From a virus, in the IMG/VR virus record IMGVR_UViG_3300037070_005035, positions 4,261 through 68,260 of that record: a stretch of 64,000 nucleotides of DNA; one strand, written 5' to 3'. The notes under the pieces are model-generated. The model had not been told where the DNA came from, made no database searches, and saw only the letters and a program-made list of their open reading frames with translations. A program made the translations under genes and the position numbers. The number at the start of each line of letters is the position of its first letter. The first letter of the stretch is position 1. Below, in pieces: positions 9,379 to 20,102 of the stretch.

Positions 9379-11610
9379 TCAAAATTCCAGATAGTAAATT
9401 CTCAACCGCAAGTCATCCTCGACCTGCCCGATGCCATTATCGGCCCGCCAGACTTCCAGGTAATCGCCAGCCGAGTACCAAGACTTCTCGCCGCGAATGT
9501 TATCGAAACCGGTGAAGGGAGCCGTACCGGCATCGGCCGTGAATGCGACCGCTCCGAATGCTACATCGTCCGGCGAGATCAATCCCTCGCAGGTGAAGTA
9601 ATCAGTATTGGCAGTACGTGCCGCATAGGTCTGTACCGGCAGGATCGTAATGCTGGTTTTGACTGTCGCCACGTCACGACGAACGATGTAAACGTTGTTG
9701 TTCGTGGCGTCGTTCTGAAAACCCTTGTGAACGAATTCGTATCGTGGAATGTAGCGACGGGTGGGAACCCTCCAGCGAAAGATCAATGGCGAGGCACTGG
9801 CAATATCAGATTCGTCACCAACGATGCGGAGTTCCTCCGATTTCAGCCAGCGCGGCGTTGGAATGCCAGGTGTGCCGGTTGGTGCGGCGGCAGATAGAAT
9901 CTCTTGATCAGCAGCGACTGGACCAGGCAGCTTGGAATCAGCCGACCAGTTGTAGATCTTCAGTCCAGATATTTCATCAATGCCAGCATGATCAAATACA
10001 TCCATGGCGCGGCTGAAATCGGTACTAATCGGATTGTCACAGGGATTATCAAGCAGCAGGTTCTGTATTCGAAATCCAGTTAAAGAATGAGTCGCCGCGG
10101 ACGGAAACTCAGACTTGATGATGAACCCGCCGCCCAGGTCCCTGATTTGAACATTGCGAATCGTGACATTCCTTACATCCGACTGTCCGGCGTCCGGCGT
10201 GTCCTCGACAATTCGCAGCCCTTGCTGAATGTGTCGTCCGTCAGTGGCGGGAGCGCCGTTGATTCCATTCTTCGCATCGTCCATCACGATGTCATGAATG
10301 TCGATATCCTGGATCGTGTTGGTGAACCCTACTTCGTCAAAGGATTGAATCTGCATGAACGAAGAACCGGACGCGGCGCCATTTAACTGGCGAGCGGAGA
10401 TAATGCCATTACCAACACTAACCTTGCGCAGTGTCGAGTTCTTGCGGGCAGTCAACCAAATCAAATGATCCGCACCTACCTTAGTTGGATCACTGGTACG
10501 AAATGTAAATCCATTCACCGTGATGTTCTCGATTGTACCGCCCAGATAAGCTGGATCGGTCGCACTGTAGCCCGCCTTGAAAAACACTAAGCTGTTGCAG
10601 TTTTCAGCAATCAGATTGGTCATCGTCACGTTGCGAATAAAGCCTGTGATCTGAGAGCCCAGGGTGAGACCGGCAAATGATCCTTTGACATAGATATTGC
10701 TCAGCCGCCAGTTCTCGCAATCACCACCGGTCGTTGACTTTAAGGCAATGCCGTCATCGTCCTGTGCGTAATCCAAGTACCAACTATCACAGTCGATATT
10801 CTTTCCGATTAATAGCACGCCGGCACTACCAGACAACGGGCTAAAGTAGAAATTCCGGAGCACGCAACGATTGGCGTTGATCACCCGAATCGCATTCTCG
10901 CCGTCAATGTCAGCCGGCTCGAAAGTCGGCCCTGGATCTGGAACTGTGAACCGGAGATTCTCCAAGAGACAGTCAGATCCCGACAGTGACTGGATACCGT
11001 GGTATCCCAAACCATCAATCAAAGCCTCATCCGTGCGATGCATTGTCAAATTACGAACGACGCAGTTATTGTTCGGAACATTGACATGCACGTTCTCGAA
11101 TGTCGAACCCTGGCCGTCAAGTGTGACGTTCGCTGGAATCGTGATCACCGCGTGTCCGCAGTCATATATTCCACGCGGACAGATCACCAGTCCGCCGCCA
11201 AGATTTCCAATAGCAGTCAGGGCTGCTTGGATTTCCTGGGACTGATCGCCGCTTCCATCAGGCACCGCGTTAAACCACTGGATGTTGGCATACGATTTGT
11301 CGGCGGCAAACAATCGAGCATTGGCGCCGCCGGGCGCGGCATATAAAAACCCGTTATCAGCCGTGCCGCCCAACCCCGCCGAATAGATCAACACCTGGCC
11401 ACTGCCATCGCCAACTGTATGAGCTGTCGACCGACGCAGGGTAACAAGCTTCTCGCCTTCTCTTAAATTAGTCAGTGCCATCAGTGTGGCGGATTCAGCG
11501 TTGGCCACCGTGCGATACCTGCCGTCAACAGCCTGTCCGCTGACTGGCAGCGGCTGCGCGTAGGCAGTCCCGGAAAAGAGCAAAGCAAATAAGATCAGCC
11601 AGCGTTTCAT
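9379..11610 (-). CDS. Beta-helix tailspike/depolymerase-like protein with signal peptide
   Basis: NIQWFNAVPDGSGDQSQEIQAAL...GGLVICPRGIY (pectate_lyase_3-like), DDGIALKS (GH28-like); MKRWLILFALLFSGTAYA leader. Confidence 0.75.
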   Translation of the reverse strand: MKRWLILFALLFSGTAYAQPLPVSGQAVDGRYRTVANAESATLMALTNLREGEKLVTLRRSTAHTVGDGSGQVLIYSAGLGGTADNGFLYAAPGGANARLFAADKSYANIQWFNAVPDGSGDQSQEIQAALTAIGNLGGGLVICPRGIYDCGHAVITIPANVTLDGQGSTFENVHVNVPNNNCVVRNLTMHRTDEALIDGLGYHGIQSLSGSDCLLENLRFTVPDPGPTFEPADIDGENAIRVINANRCVLRNFYFSPLSGSAGVLLIGKNIDCDSWYLDYAQDDDGIALKSTTGGDCENWRLSNIYVKGSFAGLTLGSQITGFIRNVTMTNLIAENCNSLVFFKAGYSATDPAYLGGTIENITVNGFTFRTSDPTKVGADHLIWLTARKNSTLRKVSVGNGIISARQLNGAASGSSFMQIQSFDEVGFTNTIQDIDIHDIVMDDAKNGINGAPATDGRHIQQGLRIVEDTPDAGQSDVRNVTIRNVQIRDLGGGFIIKSEFPSAATHSLTGFRIQNLLLDNPCDNPISTDFSRAMDVFDHAGIDEISGLKIYNWSADSKLPGPVAADQEILSAAAPTGTPGIPTPRWLKSEELRIVGDESDIASASPLIFRWRVPTRRYIPRYEFVHKGFQNDATNNNVYIVRRDVATVKTSITILPVQTYAARTANTDYFTCEGLISPDDVAFGAVAFTADAGTAPFTGFDNIRGEKSWYSAGDYLEVWRADNGIGQVEDDLRLRIYYLEF

Positions 11611-11615
11611 ATCTA

Positions 11616-13259
11616 TCAGTCCGTGATGTTCTTGGCGGCGTAAGCCGTGTTGTAGTTCCCGGTCTCCGGCGCGGCCACGCCAATGCTGCCGGCACCATAG
11701 TCCCGCATTTGATTGTTATAGATGCCAAGATCGGCAACGGCCGCACCAGTAAGTGCGATAATCGATGTCGCATTGGCGGTTTTGTCTAAGTTATTGGCAC
11801 GGATAACATTTCTCGTAGTGGCAGTTGATCCACCAATCAAAATTCCACTGCTTCCACCAGGTATTTCCAGCTTTATTTTAGTGGCGGCTCCCGCATGGCC
11901 AACACACTGATTTCCATCTATTTGTATGCCGCGCCCGTCTTGAATAAGCACTTCAGTCAGACATCGACGAAAAACGTTGTTCTTAATGATCGTGCGATCG
12001 GTATGTGCTGAGGGATTAGTGATGTCATCAACTGAGTTCTCGATACCATACACGGAATCTTCGAATACATTCCCCTCCACGACGCAGTCCGGCGCGGTAA
12101 TCTTGCAGCCGTGTGAATTGAATGGAGAAGCGGAATCAAGTCTGGCGTAGTTGTTGCGAACAATTGATGCGCGCCCTCGCATATTAAACGCATAGAGCCC
12201 AGTCGTCGTCGCATGCCGACCGCCAAAGACCTGATTGTTCTCGAATCTGGCCCCGTAACTTTCAGCATGCGTATCAAACATCGTTGTCGATGCTGGCGAA
12301 ACATATCCTTCTCCACCGCCCTTGGCTGTGCAGTGGTGAATATAATAGCCCTTACCAGTCCCGTATCGATTGGCGCCACTGTCCCATCCGCCGGTTGTGA
12401 CTGGATGCCTGGAAAAGCCGAATGTACAGCCACGAATTTCCACGTTGTTATTGATGCCAAGCACAATGCCGTAGGTCAGCGAAGGCGATGGCATCCTGAC
12501 CCTCACGATCTGGCAATCATCAATCAGAACCGTGTCACAGAAGCTGACCGAAATCTGTCCACCACCATCGATTTTAATTCCCTGAATGGAAGAATCACCC
12601 AGACTGTACAAGGCGATTCCAGCCGCACCGTTCGTCCCGTCACCCAGTAGCTCGAAATTCTCAATGCGAACGCGCTTGTAATCTTCGATTAAGTAAATCT
12701 TTGGATTCGTCGTGGTCATATCATCAATCGCACGAGTGTCGAGATAAACCGTAGAACCAGGCGTGGGTTTCTCAATCACCCTAAAAACTTCACCCGGCCT
12801 GTTCTGACCACCGGTCGACCAGACATGCGAAACAAACTTACTGTTGAGAGAACTGTCGTCCCAGATCAGCACAAGGTTTCCCTGCATTAAGCTAAGACCG
12901 GGATCAGTGATGGTATTGGAGTTTTCGGCAATGCCGCCAGTTAAAACTGTTGGTGTAATTGAGTCGGGATGAAAGTACCGCCCAAATAGCAGATTCCCAG
13001 TACCACTCAATGTGATTGTTGAACGATTCGATCCAACCAAAGATGCCGTGGTGAATGGCGTAGTGGCCTTGGTGAAATTGAGTTCTGCATTGACCGCCAA
13101 TGTAAAACCAGTCTCAACCAACTTGATCATGCCGCACGGATTGTTGTGAATGTGCGTGATCGCCGCATTCATGTTGGCCATGTCTGTTGTCGGATTGCCT
13201 GTCGGCTTGACGTGGATCGTCTCTTCCACATCAGTCGGGATCGTGAATTTCTCAGTCAT
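11616..13259 (-). CDS. Beta-helix tailspike-like protein
   Basis: Start reassigned to ATG 13259 (MTEKFTIP); YGIVL...RHPVTTGG...FDTHAE, repeated IxNN turns. Confidence 0.7.
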   Translation of the reverse strand: MTEKFTIPTDVEETIHVKPTGNPTTDMANMNAAITHIHNNPCGMIKLVETGFTLAVNAELNFTKATTPFTTASLVGSNRSTITLSGTGNLLFGRYFHPDSITPTVLTGGIAENSNTITDPGLSLMQGNLVLIWDDSSLNSKFVSHVWSTGGQNRPGEVFRVIEKPTPGSTVYLDTRAIDDMTTTNPKIYLIEDYKRVRIENFELLGDGTNGAAGIALYSLGDSSIQGIKIDGGGQISVSFCDTVLIDDCQIVRVRMPSPSLTYGIVLGINNNVEIRGCTFGFSRHPVTTGGWDSGANRYGTGKGYYIHHCTAKGGGEGYVSPASTTMFDTHAESYGARFENNQVFGGRHATTTGLYAFNMRGRASIVRNNYARLDSASPFNSHGCKITAPDCVVEGNVFEDSVYGIENSVDDITNPSAHTDRTIIKNNVFRRCLTEVLIQDGRGIQIDGNQCVGHAGAATKIKLEIPGGSSGILIGGSTATTRNVIRANNLDKTANATSIIALTGAAVADLGIYNNQMRDYGAGSIGVAAPETGNYNTAYAAKNITD

Positions 13260-13266
13260 GAATAGC

Positions 13267-14817
13267 CTATACGGGATACATGAAATGAATGACTTCCCCC
13301 GTCGCCAGGGGAGGATCGCCAGCCCCTGGGGCTGACACATTGGGCGGGGTATTCCAGACAATCGAAGCGCCGGCCTGTAGAAAATGCACACTTACAACGC
13401 AACCCGCCAAGTTCGGCCGCGTAATATGGACGGTATTCAAGGCCAGTGGAGTTGATGGCAGCAGAAAGCTTTGTGAAGCGGCCTCGCCCACGGTGATCGT
13501 GTGAATCCCAAACGTCACGCCGCCCACTGCTGGAGAAAACCACTCCTGGGCCGTCGCCCCGGCATTCATACGAAGCTGCTGGAGACCGGTACCCTTGGGG
13601 ATGCGGATTAAGTCGGTACCGTCGTGGCCCAACAAGTCGCCCTGTGTTGTAAGCGGCAGATCAAGACCAGTGGCGCCAGTGCCGCGCGGATAATCCAACA
13701 CGAAGACCTGGGAGTGCAGCGCGATATCACTCACGCCGATATAGTAGAAGACTTCCTCTTCGCCTTCATCAGCATGTTCGTAAAGCTCAGTCGTGCTATT
13801 CCAGGTATATAGCCGGTCGTTGTCATTCGCTCCATAAATGAGCGGGCTACCAGGCAGGAGCGAAGTCAGGACGTTGGCGACTTCAGACGAGGAAAAAACT
13901 TCGATGTGATTGACATCCGGCACACCGCGCAATGTGGCGATCTTCTGCACGTCATTATCAATCGCGGAAACCACCACATACGGCTTGCCATCAGCCGCCC
14001 AGGCGATTTGCTTGCCATTCGAGGCCGTCGTTAGGCCGTGAGCTGGACTGTATACAGTCTGTACGGCAGTGCCATCCGCACCATCCGCTCCATCGGCTCC
14101 ATCGGCGCCCGGATCGCCCTGTGGTCCAGGATCGCCCTGGATACCCTGAATGCCCTGGAGGCCCTGGATACCCTGAATGCCTTGAATGCCCTGTGCGCCG
14201 TCTTCGCCATCAACTCCATCAATGCCATTGGTGCCGTTGGTGCCGTTGGTACCATTAGTTCCAGGAATGCCCTGTATCCCCTGGATACCTTGCGTCCCGG
14301 GAGCACCCGCAATTCCCTGGATTCCCTGAACACCTTGAATGCCTTGCGGACCTTGCGGACCAACGATCTGGCCGACGTCGACGTAGATCGAGCCATTGCA
14401 GACCCACAGGTGGCCAGTATCCTCAGTGATGAGCCCCTCTCCAGCAACAGCACAACTTCCCGGCAAGCTCCCGGCATCCGGCACACTGCCGGTAATGGTG
14501 ACACTGGAGCCATCCATTCCGTCCATGCCTGGAACACCCTGCGCTCCCGCCACGCCCTGGATGCCCTGGATACCCTGTAAGCCGTCCGCGCCGTCCTCGC
14601 CATCAATACCATTGGTGCCATCAATACCATTGGTGCCGTTGGTGCCGTTGATGCCATCCTGGCCATCGACTCCAATCGGCCCCTGGGTGCCTTGCGGGCC
14701 CTGCTCACCCGGAAGACCTTGCGCGCCTTGTGGTCCCGGCGGACCTTGCGGACCAGTTCCACCACCGCCTCCACCACCATCGCAACAGTGGCTTTGCCAC
14801 CAGTCATTGAGATACAT
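13267..14817 (-). CDS. Collagen-like (Gly-X-Y) fibre protein
   Basis: Long GPQ/GIQ/GTN triplet runs; LTTQGDLL motif. Confidence 0.85.
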   Translation of the reverse strand: MYLNDWWQSHCCDGGGGGGGTGPQGPPGPQGAQGLPGEQGPQGTQGPIGVDGQDGINGTNGTNGIDGTNGIDGEDGADGLQGIQGIQGVAGAQGVPGMDGMDGSSVTITGSVPDAGSLPGSCAVAGEGLITEDTGHLWVCNGSIYVDVGQIVGPQGPQGIQGVQGIQGIAGAPGTQGIQGIQGIPGTNGTNGTNGTNGIDGVDGEDGAQGIQGIQGIQGLQGIQGIQGDPGPQGDPGADGADGADGADGTAVQTVYSPAHGLTTASNGKQIAWAADGKPYVVVSAIDNDVQKIATLRGVPDVNHIEVFSSSEVANVLTSLLPGSPLIYGANDNDRLYTWNSTTELYEHADEGEEEVFYYIGVSDIALHSQVFVLDYPRGTGATGLDLPLTTQGDLLGHDGTDLIRIPKGTGLQQLRMNAGATAQEWFSPAVGGVTFGIHTITVGEAASQSFLLPSTPLALNTVHITRPNLAGCVVSVHFLQAGASIVWNTPPNVSAPGAGDPPLATGEVIHFMYPV

Positions 14818-14852
14818 AGCGATAATCCATTATCTTTTTTGCATCGATCATC

Positions 14853-15395
14853 CTAAACGACACGCAGCCAGTGCATGATCGAACCCGCGTTGGCATATGA
14901 CTTGAGTATGATCTCCGTGGACTCCAGGGAAGATACAACCAGGTCTATCGTACATGGACCCAATACAAAAGCCTTAATCGAGGCACACACAATATACCCG
15001 CTCCGCTTCATGCTGAGGAAATGCTTGGCCACCGATCCACCATCCCGCCGCAATTCGACTTCCGTCGTCTGGGCCGCGCTAAGAACTGTATTCGGGAATT
15101 CCACAAACATCACGGCCGATACCAACCAGGTCCCAGTCTCCTCAATCTCGAAAGTATCAATGGGATCTGTTGAAGTAGTGAGGGCCACGTCACTGGCCAA
15201 TTCCTGCTGGCCATACCCAGGCGCCGGGCCGACTGGAAACGCGATCCAATCCGCCCCATCGAAGTAACGGAACTTGTCGATCGTGCTATCGTACAGCCAG
15301 GAGCCGACCTGAGCCGCCGGGGGATCGGTCAGTGCATTGATCTGTGTCGTCGTGCCACGGGCCGGTCGCTTTTTCCCACTGGTGATAATGGCCAT
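14853..15395 (-). CDS. Minor virion protein, paralogue 1 of 3
   Basis: TTTQINAL...YDSTIDKFRYFDG then beta-rich domain. Confidence 0.6.
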   Translation of the reverse strand: MAIITSGKKRPARGTTTQINALTDPPAAQVGSWLYDSTIDKFRYFDGADWIAFPVGPAPGYGQQELASDVALTTSTDPIDTFEIEETGTWLVSAVMFVEFPNTVLSAAQTTEVELRRDGGSVAKHFLSMKRSGYIVCASIKAFVLGPCTIDLVVSSLESTEIILKSYANAGSIMHWLRVV

Positions 15396-15940
15396 TAGAA
15401 ATCGATCCTTTGCCAGTCGGCCTTGGTCCCACCATTGGTCTCGGAAAGGATCTTGGCCGTCGTCGTCAGCGAGATCGCCCGCAGCTTGACTATCTCATCC
15501 GTGGTGGTCGTGGTCACGTGTCGCCGCAAGGTGGCTGGGAAAATCACCTGGCCCGTATCTGAGCTTTTCAGGACCGCTTTGGCCAGCTCGACATTGGATG
15601 AATCAGTCAGTTTGAGCGTGACTGTGTCCGGATCATTCATCTCACACGTGGCATATACCGAAACCCGCCACACGCCAGGTGTTGGCAGCGTATACGAGTC
15701 GATATCCTGCTCCGTGCTGGCGACCGTAATTGCCACGTCAGATGGCAGCCCCTCAATCTCGATACCAGTCAGCGGAAAGATCGTCAGCGGCAGCCAGGCC
15801 GTGGCCGAGCGATAGTACCAAGTATCGTTGGTCGTGTTGAAAATGAAGTAGCCTTCATCGGCCGCACCCAAACCGGTAATCGCATCACGCTGAGTCTGCG
15901 TCATGCGCGCCGGTCGGAAGGGGCCCAGGCACTTCACCAT
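15395..15940 (-). CDS. Minor virion protein, paralogue 2 of 3
   Basis: Start ATG 15940; MTQTQRDAI...IFNTTNDTWYY. Confidence 0.6.
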   Translation of the reverse strand: MVKCLGPFRPARMTQTQRDAITGLGAADEGYFIFNTTNDTWYYRSATAWLPLTIFPLTGIEIEGLPSDVAITVASTEQDIDSYTLPTPGVWRVSVYATCEMNDPDTVTLKLTDSSNVELAKAVLKSSDTGQVIFPATLRRHVTTTTTDEIVKLRAISLTTTAKILSETNGGTKADWQRIDF

Positions 15941-15944
15941 GAAA

Positions 15945-16523
15945 TCACTCCAACACCTTGTGGCAATACATTTGCGACCGAGATCCGCCAGTGGCTTGCA
16001 CACCACCCAAAGGAGTACCAGTGCGAATAGCACGAGTCTTGATCGTCTCGCTGCCGCCAGTCGTATCGACGATCGTATTAACTGTCACACTGAAGTAATA
16101 CTGCTCGCTGGTGGAGGCTGGTCGCTTGGCCTTCACAAGCGCGTGTGATAGCTCAACATCAGCGCTATCAGTCAACTTCGTTAGTACACTGGTGTCGGCG
16201 TCGTCCAAGAAGGTGGCGCCGATGGCCATCGTCAGCAGGCCCTCGACAAAGAAGATTCCGCCAGCCGGCACGACCAGACTCATGATGTCGGTATCGACGA
16301 GATTGATGCCGACATTCGGCGAGAGTTGGACGAATTCGGTGTCACCAGGAAAAGATTGATCGAATGGCAGCCACTGGGCCTCAGTCACACCCCAGTATTC
16401 TAGCCTGGCCAGCGTACTATGCCAGATAATCGGCCCGCCTTCATGGGCATCCGGTGTCCCGATCGCATCCCGCTGAGCGGTCGTCAGGATCACTGGTGAT
16501 ATTTTGCCTAAAGTGGCGGTCAT
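15945..16523 (-). CDS. Minor virion protein, paralogue 3 of 3
   Basis: LTTAQRDAI...WHSTLARLEYW; KLTDSxxVEL shared with paralogue 2. Confidence 0.6.
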   Translation of the reverse strand: MTATLGKISPVILTTAQRDAIGTPDAHEGGPIIWHSTLARLEYWGVTEAQWLPFDQSFPGDTEFVQLSPNVGINLVDTDIMSLVVPAGGIFFVEGLLTMAIGATFLDDADTSVLTKLTDSADVELSHALVKAKRPASTSEQYYFSVTVNTIVDTTGGSETIKTRAIRTGTPLGGVQATGGSRSQMYCHKVLE

Positions 16524-18142
16524 GGCAACTCACATTTCACCATCACGACTTTACCATCGAATTGAGAACCATCGGTGACCCGCATGTGCAGGTCTCCACC
16601 ACTGGCCGGAACAACCAAGGCCCGATCGATATTCACCAGTTCATAACCATCGCCGAAGTCGGCATAGAACTGCACCGTGTAATGCTCGCCACAACCATGG
16701 GTCGATTCCGGAATCGTCATCGCCGAGTAGCCGCCGCTCGGCGTGCCCCAATCAGCAATCAGGAACTCCTCGACGTAAGTCGTCGCACCGGCGGCTGTGC
16801 TGGTGAATGTGATCTCATCAGGATTACTGAGCGTGATCGTCATCCCAGTACCAGGAACCAGCGTTAGCGTATCCGTCACGGAATCCGCCACCGCACTGCC
16901 ACCAGTCGAAATAGCGATCGTCTCGAAAAGATTCTGATTCGTATTGGGCGATGAGTTAGTAATCGTGATCGTATCAGCCGCGCTAAGCGTGATCGCGATA
17001 CCAGTCCCTGGAACAAGAGTGAGCGTATCTGTCGGAGAATCCGCCACCGCACTGCCACCAGTCGAAATCGCCACCGTCTCAAATAGATTCTGATTGACGT
17101 TCGGTGCCGTATTGGTGATCGTAATCGTGTCAGTAGTCGCATTGGTAGTAATCGCGATCCCCGTGCCATTCACCAGCGTCAGCGTATCGGTTGCGCTATC
17201 GGCCACAATGCTCGATTGGGTGGCCACCGCAATTGTCTCGAATAAATTCTGATTCGTATTCGGCGCCGTGTTAGTAATCGTAATCGTGTCAGTAGCCGCA
17301 TTAGTGGTAATCGCGATTCCAGTACCGTTGACCAACGTTAACGTATCGGTCGCACTGTCAGCCACAATACTGGACTGAGTAGCGACGGCGATTGTTTCGA
17401 ATAGATTCTGCACACCGCCCGGCGAGGTGTTGGTGATCGTGATTTGGTCAGCCGCGCTGAGAGTGATTGCTATGCCAGTTCCCGGAACAAGAGTCAGCGT
17501 ATCAGTTGGGGAATCGGCTACCGCACTACCACCAGTGGAAATGGCTACAGTCTCGAAGAGATTTTGATTCGCTCCAAACGGCGCATCAAAATGAAAGTCC
17601 CAAGCGGCCCCATCGTATGTCCAGGCACGCACTAGATTATCGTACCGCTCAATGTGCGAATCACCCTCGATCGGCCCCGCTGGCGGAGTAACCGGTGCCG
17701 CGCCAGGAGCACCGGCGGCACCTACCTCGACTGAGAATGTCTGGTTGCCATCCGCTTCGGCGTCACTGCCATCAACGCCATTTGTACCGTTGGTGCCATT
17801 GGTGCCATTCGTGCCATTGGTACCATTGGTCCCATTAACGCCATGGCAGATGTAGAACAATTGATCGACTTCGCCGACCGCCAATGTGCCGTCGCCGTTA
17901 TCGTCCACGCCGACTTCGATCTTCCAGCCGCCGCCCGGGCAATTCACGCCGACCGCCTCGACCGTGGCCTTGATCAGACTGTTATTGCCATCATCACCGT
18001 CGATGCCATTCGTGCCATTCGTGCCAGCCGTGCCGGGATTACCTTGTGGGCCAGTCGGGCCAGGCGGACAATCCTCGCACGTACCCGTGCCACCACCACC
18101 CGTCGTGCAATCAGTAATCCACCAATCATTTATTACTGGCAT
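16520..18142 (-). CDS. Fibre protein with short collagen stretches and five ~51-aa tandem repeats
   Basis: QNLFETxA...ADSxTDTLTLVxGTGxxIT unit x5; GTN runs. Confidence 0.75.
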   Translation of the reverse strand: MPVINDWWITDCTTGGGGTGTCEDCPPGPTGPQGNPGTAGTNGTNGIDGDDGNNSLIKATVEAVGVNCPGGGWKIEVGVDDNGDGTLAVGEVDQLFYICHGVNGTNGTNGTNGTNGTNGTNGVDGSDAEADGNQTFSVEVGAAGAPGAAPVTPPAGPIEGDSHIERYDNLVRAWTYDGAAWDFHFDAPFGANQNLFETVAISTGGSAVADSPTDTLTLVPGTGIAITLSAADQITITNTSPGGVQNLFETIAVATQSSIVADSATDTLTLVNGTGIAITTNAATDTITITNTAPNTNQNLFETIAVATQSSIVADSATDTLTLVNGTGIAITTNATTDTITITNTAPNVNQNLFETVAISTGGSAVADSPTDTLTLVPGTGIAITLSAADTITITNSSPNTNQNLFETIAISTGGSAVADSVTDTLTLVPGTGMTITLSNPDEITFTSTAAGATTYVEEFLIADWGTPSGGYSAMTIPESTHGCGEHYTVQFYADFGDGYELVNIDRALVVPASGGDLHMRVTDGSQFDGKVVMVKCELP

Positions 18143-18578
18143 GGTTGAATACCCGTTCGATAACTAATGGATCAGCACTATCAGCACCCATCCAGCGGCG
18201 CTTAAATCGCCGGTCGTACTCCTCACGCACTTGTTTAATATTCGAGGTGTGGTCGTACTCCGAGAAATAAATCGGGGCCTTGCTGGGATCGGTCACATAT
18301 CGCTTATCGTACACACGATAGGGATACTCTCCACGAAATCGCTGCTGCAACCAGCCTTGTACCATCTTGATAGCTTGCAGTTGCACATCATCTGGGTCAG
18401 TCCGCTGATGAAAGAAAGTCCCCACCGCCTGCCGCATGGAAACAATCGTCTGCTTTAGGTCGTTGACTTCGTTCAGCAACTCCTTGACATCCGGTTCGGA
18501 TTCGCGAGCTGGCTTGACCTTGATCTTAGGGGCCGGCTTTTCATCAAAAGGCACTTCATCCATGAAACTCAACTCCAT
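18126..18578 (-). CDS. Hypothetical protein after capsid gene
   Basis: 150-aa ORF, operon position. Confidence 0.55.
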   Translation of the reverse strand: MELSFMDEVPFDEKPAPKIKVKPARESEPDVKELLNEVNDLKQTIVSMRQAVGTFFHQRTDPDDVQLQAIKMVQGWLQQRFRGEYPYRVYDKRYVTDPSKAPIYFSEYDHTSNIKQVREEYDRRFKRRWMGADSADPLVIERVFNHASNK

Positions 18579-18638
18579 TTTTGAAAAAAGCCGGCAGCAC
18601 AGTCAGTCGCGCTACCGGCTGGCGAACCAGGGTTGCTT

Positions 18639-20057
18639 TTAAACAATCGGGTTGATCGAGGCATCGAAGCCACGAACCAGAACCGTCATCCAGGGACGGG
18701 ACCAGCCTGGACCTCGCTTGTAGCGATAGACCCGGCGGAAGAGGATGCCGCGCTCGAGGTAGGCTTCGGTATCAGTACCGGACAGCTCATCCGTAATGAT
18801 GTCGAAGTCGACCATCCACGAAAACGTGTCTTTAAAGTTCTTGGAGACAAGGTAAGTATTGGCCGACCAGGCTTCCGCCGTGGCATCATTCTCAGCCGGG
18901 CCGAATTCCGTTACACCGCCCGCCCCATCCGGGCACTCAAACGTGCAGGTGCGGTAAAACTGGGTCAACTCGTCTTTCATGTAGGCCGAGTATTTTACAG
19001 CCGCCGACCAGCCATCACGCGCGGCGCGGGGAGTCGTAATTTCAGTCGTGCAGGCATCACCTGTATGCACAAGCTGGGAACCAGCCGCGATCAAGTGTTG
19101 ATAGGAGTTGATCTGGCATCGCCAGGGAATAGCGAGCTGGAAATCTCCAGGACAATCCACTGGATCACAAGAGAATGGATCACGGGCCTTTTCCCAAATC
19201 TGCTCGATCGCGCACAACAGGGCGTCGTTGCAGCCAGTCAGTTTGTACTGTGGCCCGCAGACCACATTCGACCACTGACCGCCTTGCGACGCTTGGTAGC
19301 CGGATTGGAAGATCACGTCGTCAAGCTGGAATGGATAGGAACATCCAAGGCAACCATCCAGGCCAAACATGATCCGCACCCGCGACTTCTCATCCTCACG
19401 ACCAAAGCCGCGCCGAATCGCCCCGTCCATGAGATCAGATACTTGTTCCGTGCCACCCACGCAACGCAGGTTGCGATGGAGGGCGAAGCCGATCTTACTG
19501 GTACACAGCCGCGGCATCTTCCAGCAACGGGTGTCACCCAGGCCGACCCACAGGATTTCCATGTCGTCTTCGGAATCCTCATCGCAGGGGGCTGCGATAC
19601 GCGGTTCGATGATCTCGCAGACTCGGCGGTTATCAAAATCTGAGCAAGTTCGATCGACCCGCGTAAAGCAGTCGGCCAAGTTGAACGGTGATGCCTGACA
19701 GGCAAGCTGAGAAAAGGTTGTCTGCACACACCGATCAAAATACTGATCCCAGTTGGAAGCCTTGATCGCGATAGCCGCTTCCCGCAACTCGGAAGCATTC
19801 GGGCTACGGGCAAAGATACCAGCCGGGTTGTGGGGAAGCTGAGCCAGCGTTCGTTCAAAGACGTAATCCAGATCAACGTTTTGAATCCTCCACGGCTCAG
19901 CCTTCTTGTCCTGAAAGCCTTGCGTGAATTCATCCTCGAATCGTTCGAGCACGGCTCCCGCCGCCTCTTCAGTCTTGCACTCCTTGATGGCGGTGCCACC
20001 GTCCAGGCCATCCTGGAAAGACTTGACTAGAAAATCATTGACATTGACGGTGGGCAT
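18639..20057 (-). CDS. Major capsid protein (putative), Cys-rich
   Basis: 472 aa, AAGGAGG RBS, position after portal/protease/cement genes; C-terminal RYKRGPGWSRPW. Confidence 0.7.
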   Translation of the reverse strand: MPTVNVNDFLVKSFQDGLDGGTAIKECKTEEAAGAVLERFEDEFTQGFQDKKAEPWRIQNVDLDYVFERTLAQLPHNPAGIFARSPNASELREAAIAIKASNWDQYFDRCVQTTFSQLACQASPFNLADCFTRVDRTCSDFDNRRVCEIIEPRIAAPCDEDSEDDMEILWVGLGDTRCWKMPRLCTSKIGFALHRNLRCVGGTEQVSDLMDGAIRRGFGREDEKSRVRIMFGLDGCLGCSYPFQLDDVIFQSGYQASQGGQWSNVVCGPQYKLTGCNDALLCAIEQIWEKARDPFSCDPVDCPGDFQLAIPWRCQINSYQHLIAAGSQLVHTGDACTTEITTPRAARDGWSAAVKYSAYMKDELTQFYRTCTFECPDGAGGVTEFGPAENDATAEAWSANTYLVSKNFKDTFSWMVDFDIITDELSGTDTEAYLERGILFRRVYRYKRGPGWSRPWMTVLVRGFDASINPIV

Positions 20058-20102
20058 CTCTTCCTCCTTGAAGACGAACGTAAACGAGTGAAAACGAATT
20101 AT

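Noticed and set aside
16800-17570. Diversity-generating retroelement template/variable repeat pair
   Set aside because: Repeats are in-frame protein repeats with mostly synonymous differences, and no reverse transcriptase was recognised
14031-20011. Long overlapping ORFs such as 14031-14807, 14038-14580, 18633-19643 and 19313-20011
   Set aside because: Alternative-frame or antisense shadows of collagen and capsid genes in GC-rich sequence
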